DNA of 46,936 bases from contig JAUCBJ010000804.1 of assembly GCA_032718475.1 (NCBI GenBank), positions 1 through 46,936 of the forward strand. Reading direction: 5' to 3'. The notes under the pieces were generated by a model. It was not told the origin of the DNA. It was given only the letters and a program-made list of their open reading frames with translations, and did no database searches. The translations under genes were made by a program, and so were the position numbers. Positions 1 to 12,740 of this stretch are shown piece by piece (positions within the stretch are counted from its first letter, which is position 1; each line of letters begins with the position of its first letter). The stretch comes from Nemertoderma westbladi (lineage: Eukaryota > Animalia > Xenacoelomorpha).

Positions 1-2346
1 AGGGCGGATTCGAATTGTCCACCACGATCCGTTGTAATGGTAGTGGGTACACCAAAACGGGATATCCAATTGGAAATAAAAGCTCATGCCACAGTTTTTG
101 CCTCAATATTTGGGAGTGGGATTGCTTCGGGCCAGCGTGAGAATCTATCTATTATTGTTAGAATGTATCGTTGTCCCTGTGAAGGTGGTAACGGACCAAC
201 TAAATCCATATGGATTTTCTCGAAACGTTGGTCTAATATATCAAAGGTACCCAACGGGGTGTGTGTATGACGATTAATCTTTTTTGCTGACATGCCATAC
301 ATGTTTGTGTCCACATTTGTATCGTCTTGTTTATTCCTGGCCAGACGTAACATTGCGTAATAAGCTCTGTGTAGCCCGAGTGCCTGGATGAGATAGTCCA
401 TGGAGTTGATCAAATATGGGTCGACGGAAATCTCTGGGAACAAACGGACGGGCCACATTAGTTGAGGTATTACATGTGAGCGTACCGAGTCCATATGGGG
501 ATGGAAAATCTGTCAGAATTAGTGAAGAAGTGTTATCAGTTTTAAGTTGCTGGAGTTCGCAGTCCGTAAGTTGTGCTGTTACCAACTTGGATAAATCCAG
601 ATCTTGTGAAAGTGAGTTAATGGATGGTCTTGACAGTGAATCGGCGACTGGATTACTTACACCCTGGATAAAACGAATATCATTTGTGAACTCGGATATG
701 GAGGAGAGTTGACGGATTTCGCGAGGAGAACTACAGTCTGAGTTTTTCATTAAGGCGAAAGTCAAGGGTTTATGATCAGTCAGCACATAAAATTCTCGGC
801 CTTCAACTGCGTGTCTAAAGTGTGCTATCGATTTATACATAGCTAGTAGTTCCCGTCCAAATGTGCTGTATCGCTGTTCTGTCGGGGACAGTTTCTTGGA
901 ATAGAAAGCAAGAGGTTGCCAACAATCTTCAACCAGTTGTTGTAGAACGCCTCCAATGGCGATATTAGATGCATCAACCATGATGTTTAGAGGAGCATTG
1001 GGCAGTGGATGGGCTAATAATGCAGTATTTGCAATGGCAGTCTTAGAAGAGTTAAATGCGTCGGTCGCCTTTTCATTCCAAATTAATGGAGTTTTCTCAC
1101 CAACGCGTTTTTTAAGCAGTTCATATAGGGTATTGAGTATGTTGGCACAGTTCTCTATAAACCTATGATAAAAGGTGACTAGGCCAATAAACTCACGCAA
1201 ACGGCGTCGGGAATTAGGAAGTGGGAAATCCTGAATAGCCTGGACTTTGCTGGCTATCGGTGTAATTCCATTGGAATTAACTGTATGGCCCAAAAAATCC
1301 AAAGAGTCTACTCCAAAAGTACATTTTGATAAATTGAGAACCAATCCATAAGCAGTTAATCGTTCAAACAAAATACGTAGGTGCTCTAAATGTTCTTTCT
1401 CAGAGGTGCTGGCGACAAGAATATCATCTAAATATGCAAATGCGAAGTCGAGATCACGCAATGCCTTGTCGATTAAGCGCTGAAAGGATTGGGCAGCATT
1501 GCGTAGGCCAAATGGCATAACGATAAATTCATACAGGCCAAATGGAGTCGTAATGGCCGTTTTTGGAACATCTGGAGGATGAACTGGTATCTGGTTGTAT
1601 GCCCGCTTAAGATCCAGCTTGGAAAATATAGTGGCACCATGTAAATAGGAAGTAAAGTCCTGTATATGGGGAATCGGATATCTATCGGGAACAGTGACGT
1701 TGTTCAGCGCTCGATAATCCCCGCAAGGACGCCAGTAGCCATTGGACTTTGGAGTTAGATGAAGTGGAGATGACCAGTTACTGGATGAAGGTCATATTAC
1801 TGCTGTCTCCAGCATATATTCGAATTCATATTTCGCAGCTTTCAGTTTCTCAGGAGACAGTCGCCTAGGTTTAGTGTAAACAGGAGGATCAGTCGTCTCG
1901 ATAAAGTGCTCAACTCCGTGGGCAGGATGAGAATACTCAGTAGCCGGTTTTTGGTTAATAATTGAGGGATATTCCAATAAAAGCCGGGTAAAACAGGAGT
2001 CAGGTTGAGGTTGGTTCATACTTAAATTTAATGAATATAATTTACTAGCGGACCCCTTGATATTTATTGATGTAACACCATCCCGAAGGGTCGCACGTCG
2101 GACATCGGGTAGGAGATCAAAATGGCTGAGAAAATCTGCTCCGATAATTGAGTGGGAGACATCAGCCACTGTAAAGATCCAACGGAAAGTCCATCGTAGA
2201 CCAAGATCTAGGGTAACTAAGTGCTCACCATAGGTGGGAATATTGGTGGAGTTTGCTGCTTTAAGCAGAGTCCCCTGCAGTGGATTGGATTCCGGTGTTC
2301 GGATGGAGAGGGTTGAATGACACTGATTTGTGCTCCGGTATCGCAT
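1..2346 (-). pseudogene. pol: Ty3/Gypsy (CsRN1-like) pol: protease (from CDTGAQ), RT, RNase H, integrase; stops/frameshifts; runs off left edge
   Basis: DTGAQISV protease motif at ~2345; RT motifs [31 protein letters not shown]; RNase [25 protein letters not shown]; integrase RFEKIHMDLVGPLP, IDRFSRWPEAIP; in-frame TGA at 1792-1794. Confidence 0.95.
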
Positions 2347-2352
2347 TGTCGT

Positions 2353-5300
2353 ATTGAGTTTAAACGTCTTAAGGCTAGCGGATAATTATTTATAAGTTTA
2401 GGACGTTGATTACGCCATAGCATCCCTACCTCATAATGTCTGTCTTTCGTCTGATGGATAGTATCTTCCATGATCTTCAAAGATTGTTTCTCTTGTTCCG
2501 ACATACATGGTTCGTAACTACCAGGTTCGGCTGTATCTTGTTCCAACCATCTGATAGTTTTTTCTGTTAATTCTTTGTCTAGCGCGGCTTGTTCCACTTG
2601 ATGATTTCTTAACACGTCGTCATCGACGGGTGTTGTTGAGGTTATTGGTTGAGGTAGACTCGCAAGCCTTCCGGCGTTATCATCTATCGTTGATGGAACC
2701 TCTGCCTGACTCCGCTCCTTCTCAATCTCTACACTAACCTTGTGGATTGGCTGCTCTTTGTGACTTATCGTACTCGCTACACACGTCGTACTTGTAACGT
2801 TGTTGTGTTTTGTCGAACGTAGTGTAGTATAGTCCTTGTTGTGTGAAAAAGAATGAGTTGAAGTTGTAGTTAATAAACTACATGTACTTTGTACATCGTC
2901 TTCCTCATCACTTATATCTAGTGTGCGCACAGGCGCTCGAGTATACCAACCTATCGGAGTTCGACAGGCGTATGCATTTCCTGCTACGACTACCGATGGT
3001 CTGGTTTCCCACGCTTGATGTAAGTTGAATTGATCTGTCCCGATCAGCATTGCTACTGATCTATAGTTAACAGGACATTCCGGTACACCAAGGTGTCTGA
3101 AATACTTACGGTCCTCTAAGGATTGTTCTGGCACTGGACCCAGTAGGTTACTAAAGTCCTTGGTGGCTGCAAAGGTTAAATCCTTAAAGGGTAACAAAGA
3201 CCTCTCCTTTTCGCTATGTTGCGATTTCGGAAGAAGAGTGTCTAAGTTCAACTTAACTCGTGTCACTGGTATTGCACGTTGTCCATGCATACTACTTACA
3301 GTGTATTTGACGTTCTTACCTTGTCGGAGATCCATCACGACATCAGCTACCTTCTCGTCCACATAGCTGTGAGATGAGGCTGAATCCAGGATAGCGTAGA
3401 TTCGTTTGCTCCCTTTTGTGCCAGTAATCTTGACAGGAATTACGCTAAAACCTTTTAGTTGGTCAGGCGTCAGAAGCGCAATGGATGGTTGTTCGTCTCC
3501 ATCTGAGTATATGTCGTCGTCCTCGGTTTCCTCATCAGAAGACCCAGACTGCTCCGGGAAACAATCCCGAATATGTGTCACGAAAGTTGGAGTTGTTCTC
3601 GATTCTCGATTCTTATATGCCGTATTACATTTCGCTGCTGCTTCTGGGTGTTCCCTAGTGAAGCGTTTTGTCGGCGTATGACTGTCGGTATGGAGCAAAC
3701 CGTCATGGTTGCGTCCACAGGATGGACAGGTGTCTGTATTTGGGCAATCTTTGCGGACATGTCCGTGTTGAGTATACCGCCAACAAGAATCCAATGGCCG
3801 TATCTGTAGTCTTCGTTCTTCCGAGTTTAACTCGCGAAACAGCCGACAACCTCTTAACTTGTGACTGGTATGCCGCTTGCCTAACTGTTCGCAGTATTGG
3901 CAACCGCTAAAGTCGGCACTCAGTTGCTGTCTGGTCTGTTTGGTCCCAATAGGTGCGGATACTCTACTACCGTCCGAAAATTGTCGGGTTTCTGTCGGTG
4001 TGGCGTAAGTGGCCGTCTTGGTGGATGTTGTCTGGGGTTTTTGTCGGTTTGAGGATGGTAAGGTGATTCCTTCTGCTACAATGTGTTGGTCGGTGTAGTT
4101 GGATCGGGTCTCCACCACCGCTTCCCTGGATATTAATAGGTACACATCCTCTAATTTCAAAAATCCACCCCTTTCTTCCCGCTGGTATTCGATCTTCCTC
4201 CACTCCCGACGAAGTCGATGGTGGAGTCTTCCTATGATTTTTAATAGGACTGTAGGGGTGTTCCCGTAATCGAGTTGTCCAATAGATCTTAATGTAGTGA
4301 TAGCGTTCTTAATTTCGTCAGCTAGTTTTAGTAAGTCGACGGGTTTAGTAATAGTTACAGAGTTCCTCTATGACTGACTTGGCCATGCTGACTGTACCTC
4401 CGTAGATTGAAGTTAAGCGATCGTACGCTAACTCGAAGGCATCTGGTACACCAACGAAAGTCTCCGCTAAGCGTTTGGGTTCTCCCGTCAAGGTTTCTAG
4501 CAGATAGTTGAACTTTTCCCTTGATGTAAAAGCGCACGCCGCAATTTGAGATTCGATGTAGTCTACGAACGTGTGCCAATGTTTAGAGTTACCGGAAAAC
4601 TTAGGTGGTTGTTGCACCGGTAGTCCTTGTCTGGCTGCGAATTTAGCTATCTCCTCGGCTACGTTCAAAGTTTCGTGTCCCTGGTTGGCAATCGAGTTGA
4701 TGTTCTCCCGTCTTGGCGCTTTTCTTTGATACGAGGTGTTTCTTGAAGGTATCACTCTTTGCGGATCCTTCGGGTTTCTATTGTGTTCGAATTCGGTGTT
4801 TCGCGAACTGTCCGTTTGAACTTCTTCCAAGCGTTCCTCGATCTGGGCCAACTTGTTAACAACTGGTCGCAGAATGTCGGCAAATTGTTGCGTACTGATC
4901 GCGTCCGTTGGTTGTAACGCTTTCTGTGTTGGTGTATTTTGTGGAGGATTGTCTATAAAGGAATTTGTTGAACGCTCACGTTTGCATTCATCGGCCGCTC
5001 CTGTTCTAAACACCTCGCATTCTGGGTAATCCGATTCGCTTGAAGTACTACTATCATCTGGATACGGTGGCCGACGTGCTCGCGTCCGTTGGGTTGCCGA
5101 ATTCTAACATTCCGTTTCGAAACATCGTCTACTTGTTTCCGTCGTTCGGTAGGCTCGCAGGTCTTCCTCGAAGTCGTAGATTGCGATGTAAACTGATTAA
5201 GCGGTCGCGATCCACTGGTCTCCGTTGTTAGGTAGGCTCGCAGGTCTTCCTCGAAGTCGTAGATTGCGATGTAAACTGGTTAAGCGGTCGCGTATCCACT

Positions 5301-7280
5301 GGTCTCCGTTGTTCGGTAGGCTCGCAGGTCTTCCTCGAAGTCGTAGATTGCGATGTAAACTGGTTAAGCGGTCGCGTATCCACTGGTCTCCGTTGTTCGG
5401 TAGGCTCGCAGGTCTTCCTCGAAGTCGTAGATTGCGATGTAAACTGGTTAAGTGGTCGCGTATCCACTGGTCTCCGTTGTTCGGTAGGCTCGCAGGTCTT
5501 CCTCGAAGTCGTAGATTACGATGTAAACTGGATTTGTGGTCGTATGGTGTTTGAGTCTAACGGCCTTGAAGGCCTGAATACGATTGCGTTTGCGTAGTGT
5601 GTCACAGGTTTAGGTGTCGAAGGTTGACTCACCTGTTTAGTCGTCATTAATGTAGGTCCGACTAATAAACTACTACGATCTGTAATCGGTGGGTTACTTA
5701 CCTTGACTCTCGGAATAGGCGATGACGTTGCTCTCGGTGGTACAAACTTGTCCGGAATAACATACCTGTGTTCCATCGCATCGTGTATAGGAGATATACT
5801 GCTACTACCAGCAATCGAAACAGGTCCTTTATTCGTAATTGGTGCGAACATCGGAGTTACTTGCGGAAATCGTTGACATAAGTCTTTAACCAATTCCCGT
5901 TCTCGCTCAGGTGCTCCTACGCTTCCATCCTTCATTCGTTCCTGAATTTGACGATGTCTTACCTCTATCCGGTCTAGATCGTGTCCGTCTCGAGATCTCA
6001 TCGATCGATCGCGGGCTTGTAGATCCAGATCTTCCTTAGCGTTGGCTAATTCCCTCGCCTTCTTTTCGAGTTCGAAATGAAGTTTAACTTCCTTCTCGCG
6101 TTGTTCCGTCTGTTGTTGTTGCGCCTCGAACTCCGCTACTCGTATAGCTGATTGAGCCTTTATTTGCCGTTTTCTTAACTCGGCTCGGGCTTCCGAAACT
6201 CGCCTTTGTTCGTCCATTTCGGCTGTTGCCGCTTGTTGCTCCAACTCAGCCGTTCGTCGCGCTAACTCAGCTGCCGCTTGTCGTTCCAACTCAGCTGCTG
6301 TCGCTTGTCGTTCCAACTCAGCTGCTGCCGCTCATTGCGCTAACTCAGCTGCTGCCGCTCGCTGTGCTATTTCTAGCTCTAACCTTTCCATCTCAGCTGC
6401 TTCTAGTTCGGCTGCTTCTTGCAAATGAGAGATTCTCGCAACATTTGCGATGCGTAGTTTCTCTTCCTCTGCCACTTGTACAGTTAATAATTGAGTTTGT
6501 TCCTCAATTTCTCGTTGTTGTCTATAGTACTGTTGTTGCTGTCGAGAAATTTCTGACGTCACTATACTTACCTCGCCAATTTCGCTGCGAATACTCACTA
6601 ATGATTGATTCAGTATTCCCGGTGCCGGTTCGATTTGTACGGGTGAAGTTTCCCTCGTATATTCCGGCACGGTTTCCAAATCGCCGACGTCTTCGCCGCA
6701 CATACGTAAGTGATCGGTCAGATGTTTCAATTGTCCATCCAGTCGGTACAGTTCCTGTTCTTCCTCGGGCTGTAATAACTCGTCGGAAACTGACTCACCT
6801 AATAACTGGTCCGCTTGTTCCTGTTGTATCTGTCTAATGGTTGTCTTAAACTGAATCAGTTTCTCCCTAGCGATCATTAATTTCTCGAGGATTCTAAACT
6901 GTGTGTCCATATCCTGTCTCTGTCTAGCTAGATCTTGTAGACCGATTAGGTTATCTACAGACTTATGTACTTTACTCTGTACTCTAACCTGTAGGGTGTA
7001 GAACTCGAACCGAGACATCGGAGCGGTCAACTCGTCTAATATGCATTACCATGTCCGTTTCCCTATGTCTAGGTTGCGGGACCGTTAGAAAATCCTCAGT
7101 CCTGCCGTCGCCTCGTACTACGGCATCCGGTACTCCCGTTGGATGTACTGGTGACGCGCACGGTGTAGGTTCGGTAGGCTCACGAGTCTTCCCCTGTGGT
7201 TCTTCCGCTTCTGACTTATCCGCGTCACATGAGTCATAGTCGGTAGGTGTATTCTTCATATAGTCTTGTTTGTCACTCAT
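2353..7280 (-). pseudogene. gag: BEL/Pao gag-protease region: long coiled-coil N-terminus, Gag core, Cys/His knuckles, aspartic protease; several stops/frameshifts
   Basis: ORF pieces 6984-7280, 6332-7030, 5516-6316, 4345-5013 (PPKFSGNSKHW, EKFNYLLETLTGEPK), 2217-4160 (CQYC..H..C, CPSCGRNHDGLLH, YAILDSASSHSY, LIGTD, TPIGW, YEVGMLW). Confidence 0.9.
5143..5530. repeat. 84-bp tandem repeat (~4.6 copies) within BEL gag, each unit carrying the AGGCTCGCAGGTCTTCC motif
   Basis: Motif starts at 5151, 5234, 5318, 5402, 5486 (period 83-84). Confidence 0.95.
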
Positions 7281-7364
7281 TTCGGTACTTGTAAGTCAAG
7301 TAAACTGAGTGTCAAAGTATCAAACTTACCGTATTTATATCTAAACGGTATTAATTACAGTCAT

Positions 7365-7487
7365 ATAAAATTAGCCTACCGGCCGATTTTATAGCAGATG
7401 GATAAAATTAGCCTAGCGGCCAATTTTACAGCAAATAAATGTCACGGAGTAAGTATATAATAAAATTAGCCTGGCGGCCAATTTTAT
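7365..7487 (-). promoter_or_regulatory. Three repeated stem-loops in the BEL leader (candidate packaging/dimerisation signals)
   Basis: Sense RNA UAAAAU(U/C)GGCC-[GCCA/GCUA/GGUA]-GGCUAAUUUUA, three copies. Confidence 0.5.
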
Positions 7488-8081
7488 AACAAATAAATCG
7501 GATAACGATATACGTTATCAAAGAGTAAATCAAATACAAATAATTAACGGACTAATTCAGCAATAAACAAAGAAATCGTAAGGAATGCATAAATACTTGA
7601 GACAGTGGAACCCACAATAATTTTAACTAATACGGTAATGCCTAACTGATTTATGCAACTTTTCGAACTCACCCCCTCCAATGATTCTCCAGAAAAACAG
7701 ATTCCCAGATACAAACCGGACGTGAACCTTTCCGTTTCCAGCGTTGCGGACGAAGTGCGATTTTCCCAACCAAAGTTGTTGAGTTATCTATCTCCCAAAC
7801 TTGCTAAACACGGTCTTGCTCTCGTTACAGTCTAGAAATGAGCTCTGAATCCTGAAAAACAAAAGAGTTAGGTTTTACTTTTACGAAAAATTTTGTACCG
7901 GTACAATATGGTATTTAAACCCTTTTAAACACCGGTATTCAATTCCAAATATTTTACACGCGGTTCAAATCAAAATTTTTATTTCAAAAAATTAGCACTT
8001 AGCTAATCAAATACAAATTTTTACCTCAAAATACAAAATTTTCAAATAACTTTAGTCCTACTGAACCGTAGTTCAGTAAAA

Positions 8082-8092
8082 CGTATTCCTAC
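8082..8092 (-). promoter_or_regulatory. Non-tRNA primer-binding-site position GTAGGAATACG abutting the LTR end
   Basis: Directly follows LTR ...TTTCA on minus strand; no TGG; complementary to LTR 9139-9148 (10 nt) and solo-LTR 42292-42302 (11 nt). Confidence 0.55.
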
Positions 8093-9570
8093 TGAAATCA
8101 ACATAGGTCACATTCCTACTGTTGTAAGAGACAGTAACAAATTATACCGCAATATCATACTGTAAAGTTTGTGAATCAAGGCATAATCCAACCTTCTCAC
8201 CAAAACAGTAAACTCCAAGTAAGAAAATCTATTGCAGTATTGGTCTCTTATAACCGGTGAGGCAGAAAACAGTCTACGAACGGACAAACTTCGATAAAAC
8301 AAAATCCCGCGCAGCGAATCCTAAAATCAGGCTGACTCACTGACGGACTAAGGGCGCTCGCATACTTTGCCGCGGTGTGATTTATATGGTGGGTGAGAGA
8401 GACGCTAGCTACAAATATAACTAGCGGGCAAAGCCGCGGTATGGACAAATTATTTTATATATTTCGAGGTACAAATAATTCCTAAACGCGCGTGTGTTTT
8501 TATTCAGGGTCAAATTTATTTAGTAATCCTTCGTATAATATCATTTACTGGGTCCGGTGTACATTTTACAAATATTCTAATTTTGGTAGTTTGTAGGTCT
8601 AATACTTACAAATGATAAGGCTTCTCCCCCTTTTGTGTATTTCCAGGACTCAAATTCAGGCATAAGGTTAATACTACGCCCAGAATTCGGCAATTTAATT
8701 TACCAGGTCCCTAATACTAAGAAGAAATGTGTTAGTTTACTACAGTAGGCGTACAGTCACAAATAGCTAGCCTGGTTCCTATCTAGAATTTTGGTTGCCT
8801 AGATGGGCACGGCAACTTCCTAACAGGATGTCGGCGGGGACACGGTAGGTGTTAGTATCCATAATAGCCTTAATTTATCTGCGCCTAGCAGTAAACTGCC
8901 CTACCGCCTGAACGGTATAATTTTAATTCAGGGAAAAAACACAGTAACCCTCTCCTGGCCTACAAGCTCCAACGCAAACGATGAACACCGTTGTACTACT
9001 GACAAGCCACCAGCGCACCTATACCTGGCAAATGAGTTAGGCGTACAGTTTGCTGCACCCTACCAATGTGCATGCCGTGTAATGGTGTGCCTGTGTCCTA
9101 TCTGTGAACTGGTATCTCTCTGCCTATCCTCTCCTCCCGTAGGAATACAAAGGGTTTCCGCGGGTTTTCCCGGGTCAAAATAATACGGTTCCTAAATTTA
9201 AATTTTTGGCGTACAGTGTGTCGCTACTTCTACCTTCGATCTCAGGTCTTATACTTAGGTAGCGAGGCATCGAACGCTGTCTAACCTTTCAGGCGATGGG
9301 CGAATAACTACGAATCAGTATTGTGGGTGGTCTCCTGTCTACATTCCTCCGATGTTCCCGTTCATTGCTGTGGCCCGATGTCTAGCCTGCCATCCTGTCC
9401 CTCAGTTGGGTTCACCGTGGTGAAACATGATAGAAAAAGGGCAGATATAGCGATAATTCTGACTTTATTACAGATAACCAACAATTATATTAATATAAAC
9501 AATGTAATCTGAAATAACTAATGGATGTAAGTGAGAGAGAGATAAGATAACTAATGAACGAAATCGCACC

Positions 9571-9716
9571 TTTTATAGCAAATTTGTGCTGCAATAAATC
9601 GAGATAAATCTAGATTGTTCTATGGGTTCTACTAGGTTTTTAAAGATAATCATTGGTCCAGCGAACACGTATCTTGCACGACATTGGTTACTATCTAATA
9701 ACTGTAATCTTATTGG
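9571..9716 (-). promoter_or_regulatory. LTR Pol II promoter: three CCAAT boxes ~30 bp apart plus TATAAAA
   Basis: Plus-strand ATTGG at 9652, 9683, 9712; TTTTATA at 9571-9577; pyrimidine-rich initiator-like sequence ~20-30 nt downstream. Confidence 0.6.
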
Positions 9717-9783
9717 TTAATCTGCCTTGAGCAAATGCAATTTAATTCGTAGCGGTTAATTTAAATGAGTTGAAACTCAGCAC

Positions 9784-9867
9784 AAAAAATAATTCACACT
9801 TACTAGGATTCGAACTCGATACCTACTACACGAATTTCCAACGCTTAACCGACTGAGCTACTGAACC
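9784..9867 (-). ncRNA. tRNA-derived Pol III-type unit inside LTR U3 (A box, B box, T6 terminator); not a functional tRNA
   Basis: GGTTCAG-TAGCTCAGTCGG-TTAAGC...GAGTTCGAATCC...GAATTATTTTTT; anticodon and acceptor stems do not pair; identical in the solo LTR. Confidence 0.6.
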
Positions 9868-10803
9868 ACTTGAACAATGTTATACAAATAGATATGGTAA
9901 ATGCAAATGAGGACTTAATGTAATCTTTATAGAAAGTTAATTCGAACAAAATAAAATTTTGAAAATCCACGGCATTTATGAGAATATAATTCTATACCGC
10001 TCCATGAAAACAGGATATTATCGTGCATAAAATATACGGTTTTCACCAATACTAAATCAAATTATGGAATACTTGGGACGTACTTACATATTTACAAATT
10101 AAATCTCAACAATAACACCTTTACATAATAATTCGATACAAATAATTACAAATTCAAACTTTACGTATTTAAGGCTTTATTAAGTAAGTACAATATAAAT
10201 CTAAATTAAATTCACCAAATAAATCTATTGCATCTCAAATATTGCATAAATTCAAACAATCACAAATACAAATGCTACTTAAATATAAAACAAATTGCAT
10301 AAGTTTGGAATAATTTCAAATAAATCACAAGAAAGGCTCACAAGTTTCCGTCTGCTCTTGCCTTCTATTTACTGCGAATACAAATACTGCTTCTTTATAA
10401 AATATAAATTGCATAATATTCGAAACAATAAATTGCGTAAGTTTGGAATGACTACAAATATAGCACTTTCTAAATGTAAATCTTTCTAAATATAATTCTT
10501 ACTAAATATAAATATAAACTGCATAAGTTTAGAACAATATAAACTGCATAAGTTTAGAACAATATAAACTCTTTAGGCATCTCAAATATAAAATATAAAC
10601 CTTTCAAATATAAATTCCTTCTAAATATAAAACTTTCTGAATTTCATAAAATCGGAACAATACAAATTACATAAATTTGGGGCAATAACAAATTACATAA
10701 ACAATACAATTTACATAAACAATACAATTTACATAAACAATACATAAAATAAACAATACAAAAGAAAGGCTCACGAGTCTTCCGTCCACCGTTGCCCTCC
10801 CTT

Positions 10804-12185
10804 TTAAGGCTTGGTGGATCGAGCCCTGCCGCGTCCTCGAAAACTGCGTACAGGTGACTTTGCTCGCGGTATGGGACTTGTGGGGCGAGTCACTAGTTTA
10901 CCTTGGACGTTGGGAGATGGTGCGACCATTTCCTCACATGCTCGTCTATTAGGCATCCCAAATCCTCGACCGACTCCTTGTGATCGACCGGTTGTGTCTA
11001 CCGTTGGTAAAACGTCTGGGAACGCGCGGGAAGTGGACGACGCAGACTCAAGAGAAACTTGCGCCCCCTTTTGATCAGCTGGTATGTGTCCTAATCCTCC
11101 TTGCGGTTCTCTGGGAAGTGACACCATATCCTGAGTAACTCGAATAGTCGGTTCATATCCCCTTCGTTCTTCAATATTTATAGTTTTCTTTAGTTGTTGG
11201 CTCCACTTTCTGAACCCTTATAATCCTATTCTGTCCGTCCTCCCGAGGGTGACGTGCAGACGGCGCAACCGGAGTAGCTGGTATGTTGGTCGCCTCTAGG
11301 ATCTCCTCTTCCTCGAATACGCTCGCTCGTATACGTTTGTGATAGAATGCGGCTCGGTACGCCCATGCGACGGTTAACCAAGCTCCCTTGTTCCGCTTTT
11401 CTGTTCAGAAACGATCAAATTCACCATATGTGATACGATTAAACATTTTGGGCAAAGTTTATACTTTCGAAAATTTTTGGTGTCATCTCCTTAGCTGAAG
11501 TCTGATCGTGTGACGTCCAATGGTAAGGTAGGCTCGCGAGTCTTCCGCCCCATTCTTCCATCTCACCCTCCTCGAAAGCCTTATAGACTCTGTATAGGCT
11601 AAGAGCTTCTTTCTTTTCGCGGGTTGACTGAGTCAGCTCTTCCAGCGTATGTTCAAATGCATCGGGTTCAACAATCTTAGGTGGACAAACGACAATTTCT
11701 CCCGCCTTTGGTCCACACATAGCAAATGAATGATATGGATTAGATAAAGGATACCCTCCTTCCTGGTAACGTAGTTGTTGATGGTTCGAACACCTCGCCA
11801 ATATCGGTTCGGGATTTTCCTTATTCAAACGCATCGGAATCGCATTTCGTTGTTCGCGCATACAAGCACCACATTTATAATAAAGTTTGTAAACTGAAAA
11901 GGCTTCCTTCGTTTCTCTATCGTCTCCTCGAGTTCGTCTGTAAAGATGCATTCCATCGAATTCATCGTGTACCGCAGGCATATGTTCATGTGCCTTCAGG
12001 TATTGCATGGTATGATACAAACGACTAATTTCGGTATCGGGGTCTTCACTGATATCTCCCGATATCCCCTTTGCCATTATTGGAAGTATGGTTACATAAT
12101 CATTGCTACTAGAGGGAATACAACAGAGTTTATTGTTAGTTGTGAGGACATGTGAGAGTTTTCGTCTGCCCTTTGGGCTCGACAA
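10804..12185 (-). pseudogene. Orphan extra ORF (ORF3) between BEL integrase and PPT; 248-aa open part plus frameshifted continuation
   Basis: ORF 11439-12185 (YKCGACM...RCSNH); coding-like sequence continues (GAWLTVAWAYRAAFYHKR...) to ORF 10804-11127; no recognisable domain. Confidence 0.6.
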
Positions 12186-12740
12186 CGCTCTAACCTCCTA
12201 CCCATAGCCTAAGATCTAAGGTTTCTTTAATGACACACTGTTTCTTATCTAAAATTTTTAGCCGAAATAAAAACGAATTTGGGCTAAACTGGCTGTGAGT
12301 CTAAAATACTCACTTTTTGATCCCAAACTATTATCAGAAAATAAGCAATCGAGAGTTAGTAATAAATATAGGGAAGTCTATTATTTGACGTAACTTATTG
12401 AAACAAGACCGTGTAAATTTTATTAAAATTTAAGAAAGGCTCGCGAGTCTTCCGTTCTCTTGTTTCTCTAATTTTAATTTCCACCCGACTGTACCCTGAA
12501 ATCTATTCACTGGAGAAAATTTTTTAAAATTTTTCAAATCCAGATGGATTGTCTAAAATTTCGAAAATGTCTCAATATTGTGAGTTCCAAGTAGAATTCC
12601 ATTTCGTATACCTACAAATCCCGCTCCTATGTGACACATAAGGGTACTACCCTCAATGTTCACATATAAAGACAATGGAATTCTACCGCTGTCTTTACTA
12701 CAGTGTACAGGTACGTGGAAATCTATTTGTAAACTCCTTA

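Larger units (their letters stand above)
8093..9996 (-). repeat. BEL/Pao LTR (1904 bp), minus-strand termini 5'-TATAG...TTTCA-3'
   Basis: Boundaries defined by ~99% identity to 41263-43149; preceded by PPT-like TGGAGCGG (10004-9997). Confidence 0.93.

Noticed and set aside
2217-4160. 647-aa ORF as a real fusion with two protease motifs
   Set aside because: Read-through across the BEL/Gypsy insertion junction at ~2350
5143-5530. CRISPR-like repeat array
   Set aside because: Sequence between motifs is identical (plain 84-bp tandem repeat); eukaryotic context, no cas genes
8108-9512. Short ORFs within the LTR and antisense ORFs over pol genes
   Set aside because: Under 70 aa or shadow frames, non-ATG starts, no motifs; duplicated only because the LTR is duplicated
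9795-9867. Functional tRNA gene (also 23483-23563)
   Set aside because: Anticodon, T and/or acceptor stems do not pair; reported only as tRNA-derived Pol III-type units
11439-12185. env gene
   Set aside because: No signal peptide, furin-type site with fusion peptide, or transmembrane anchor
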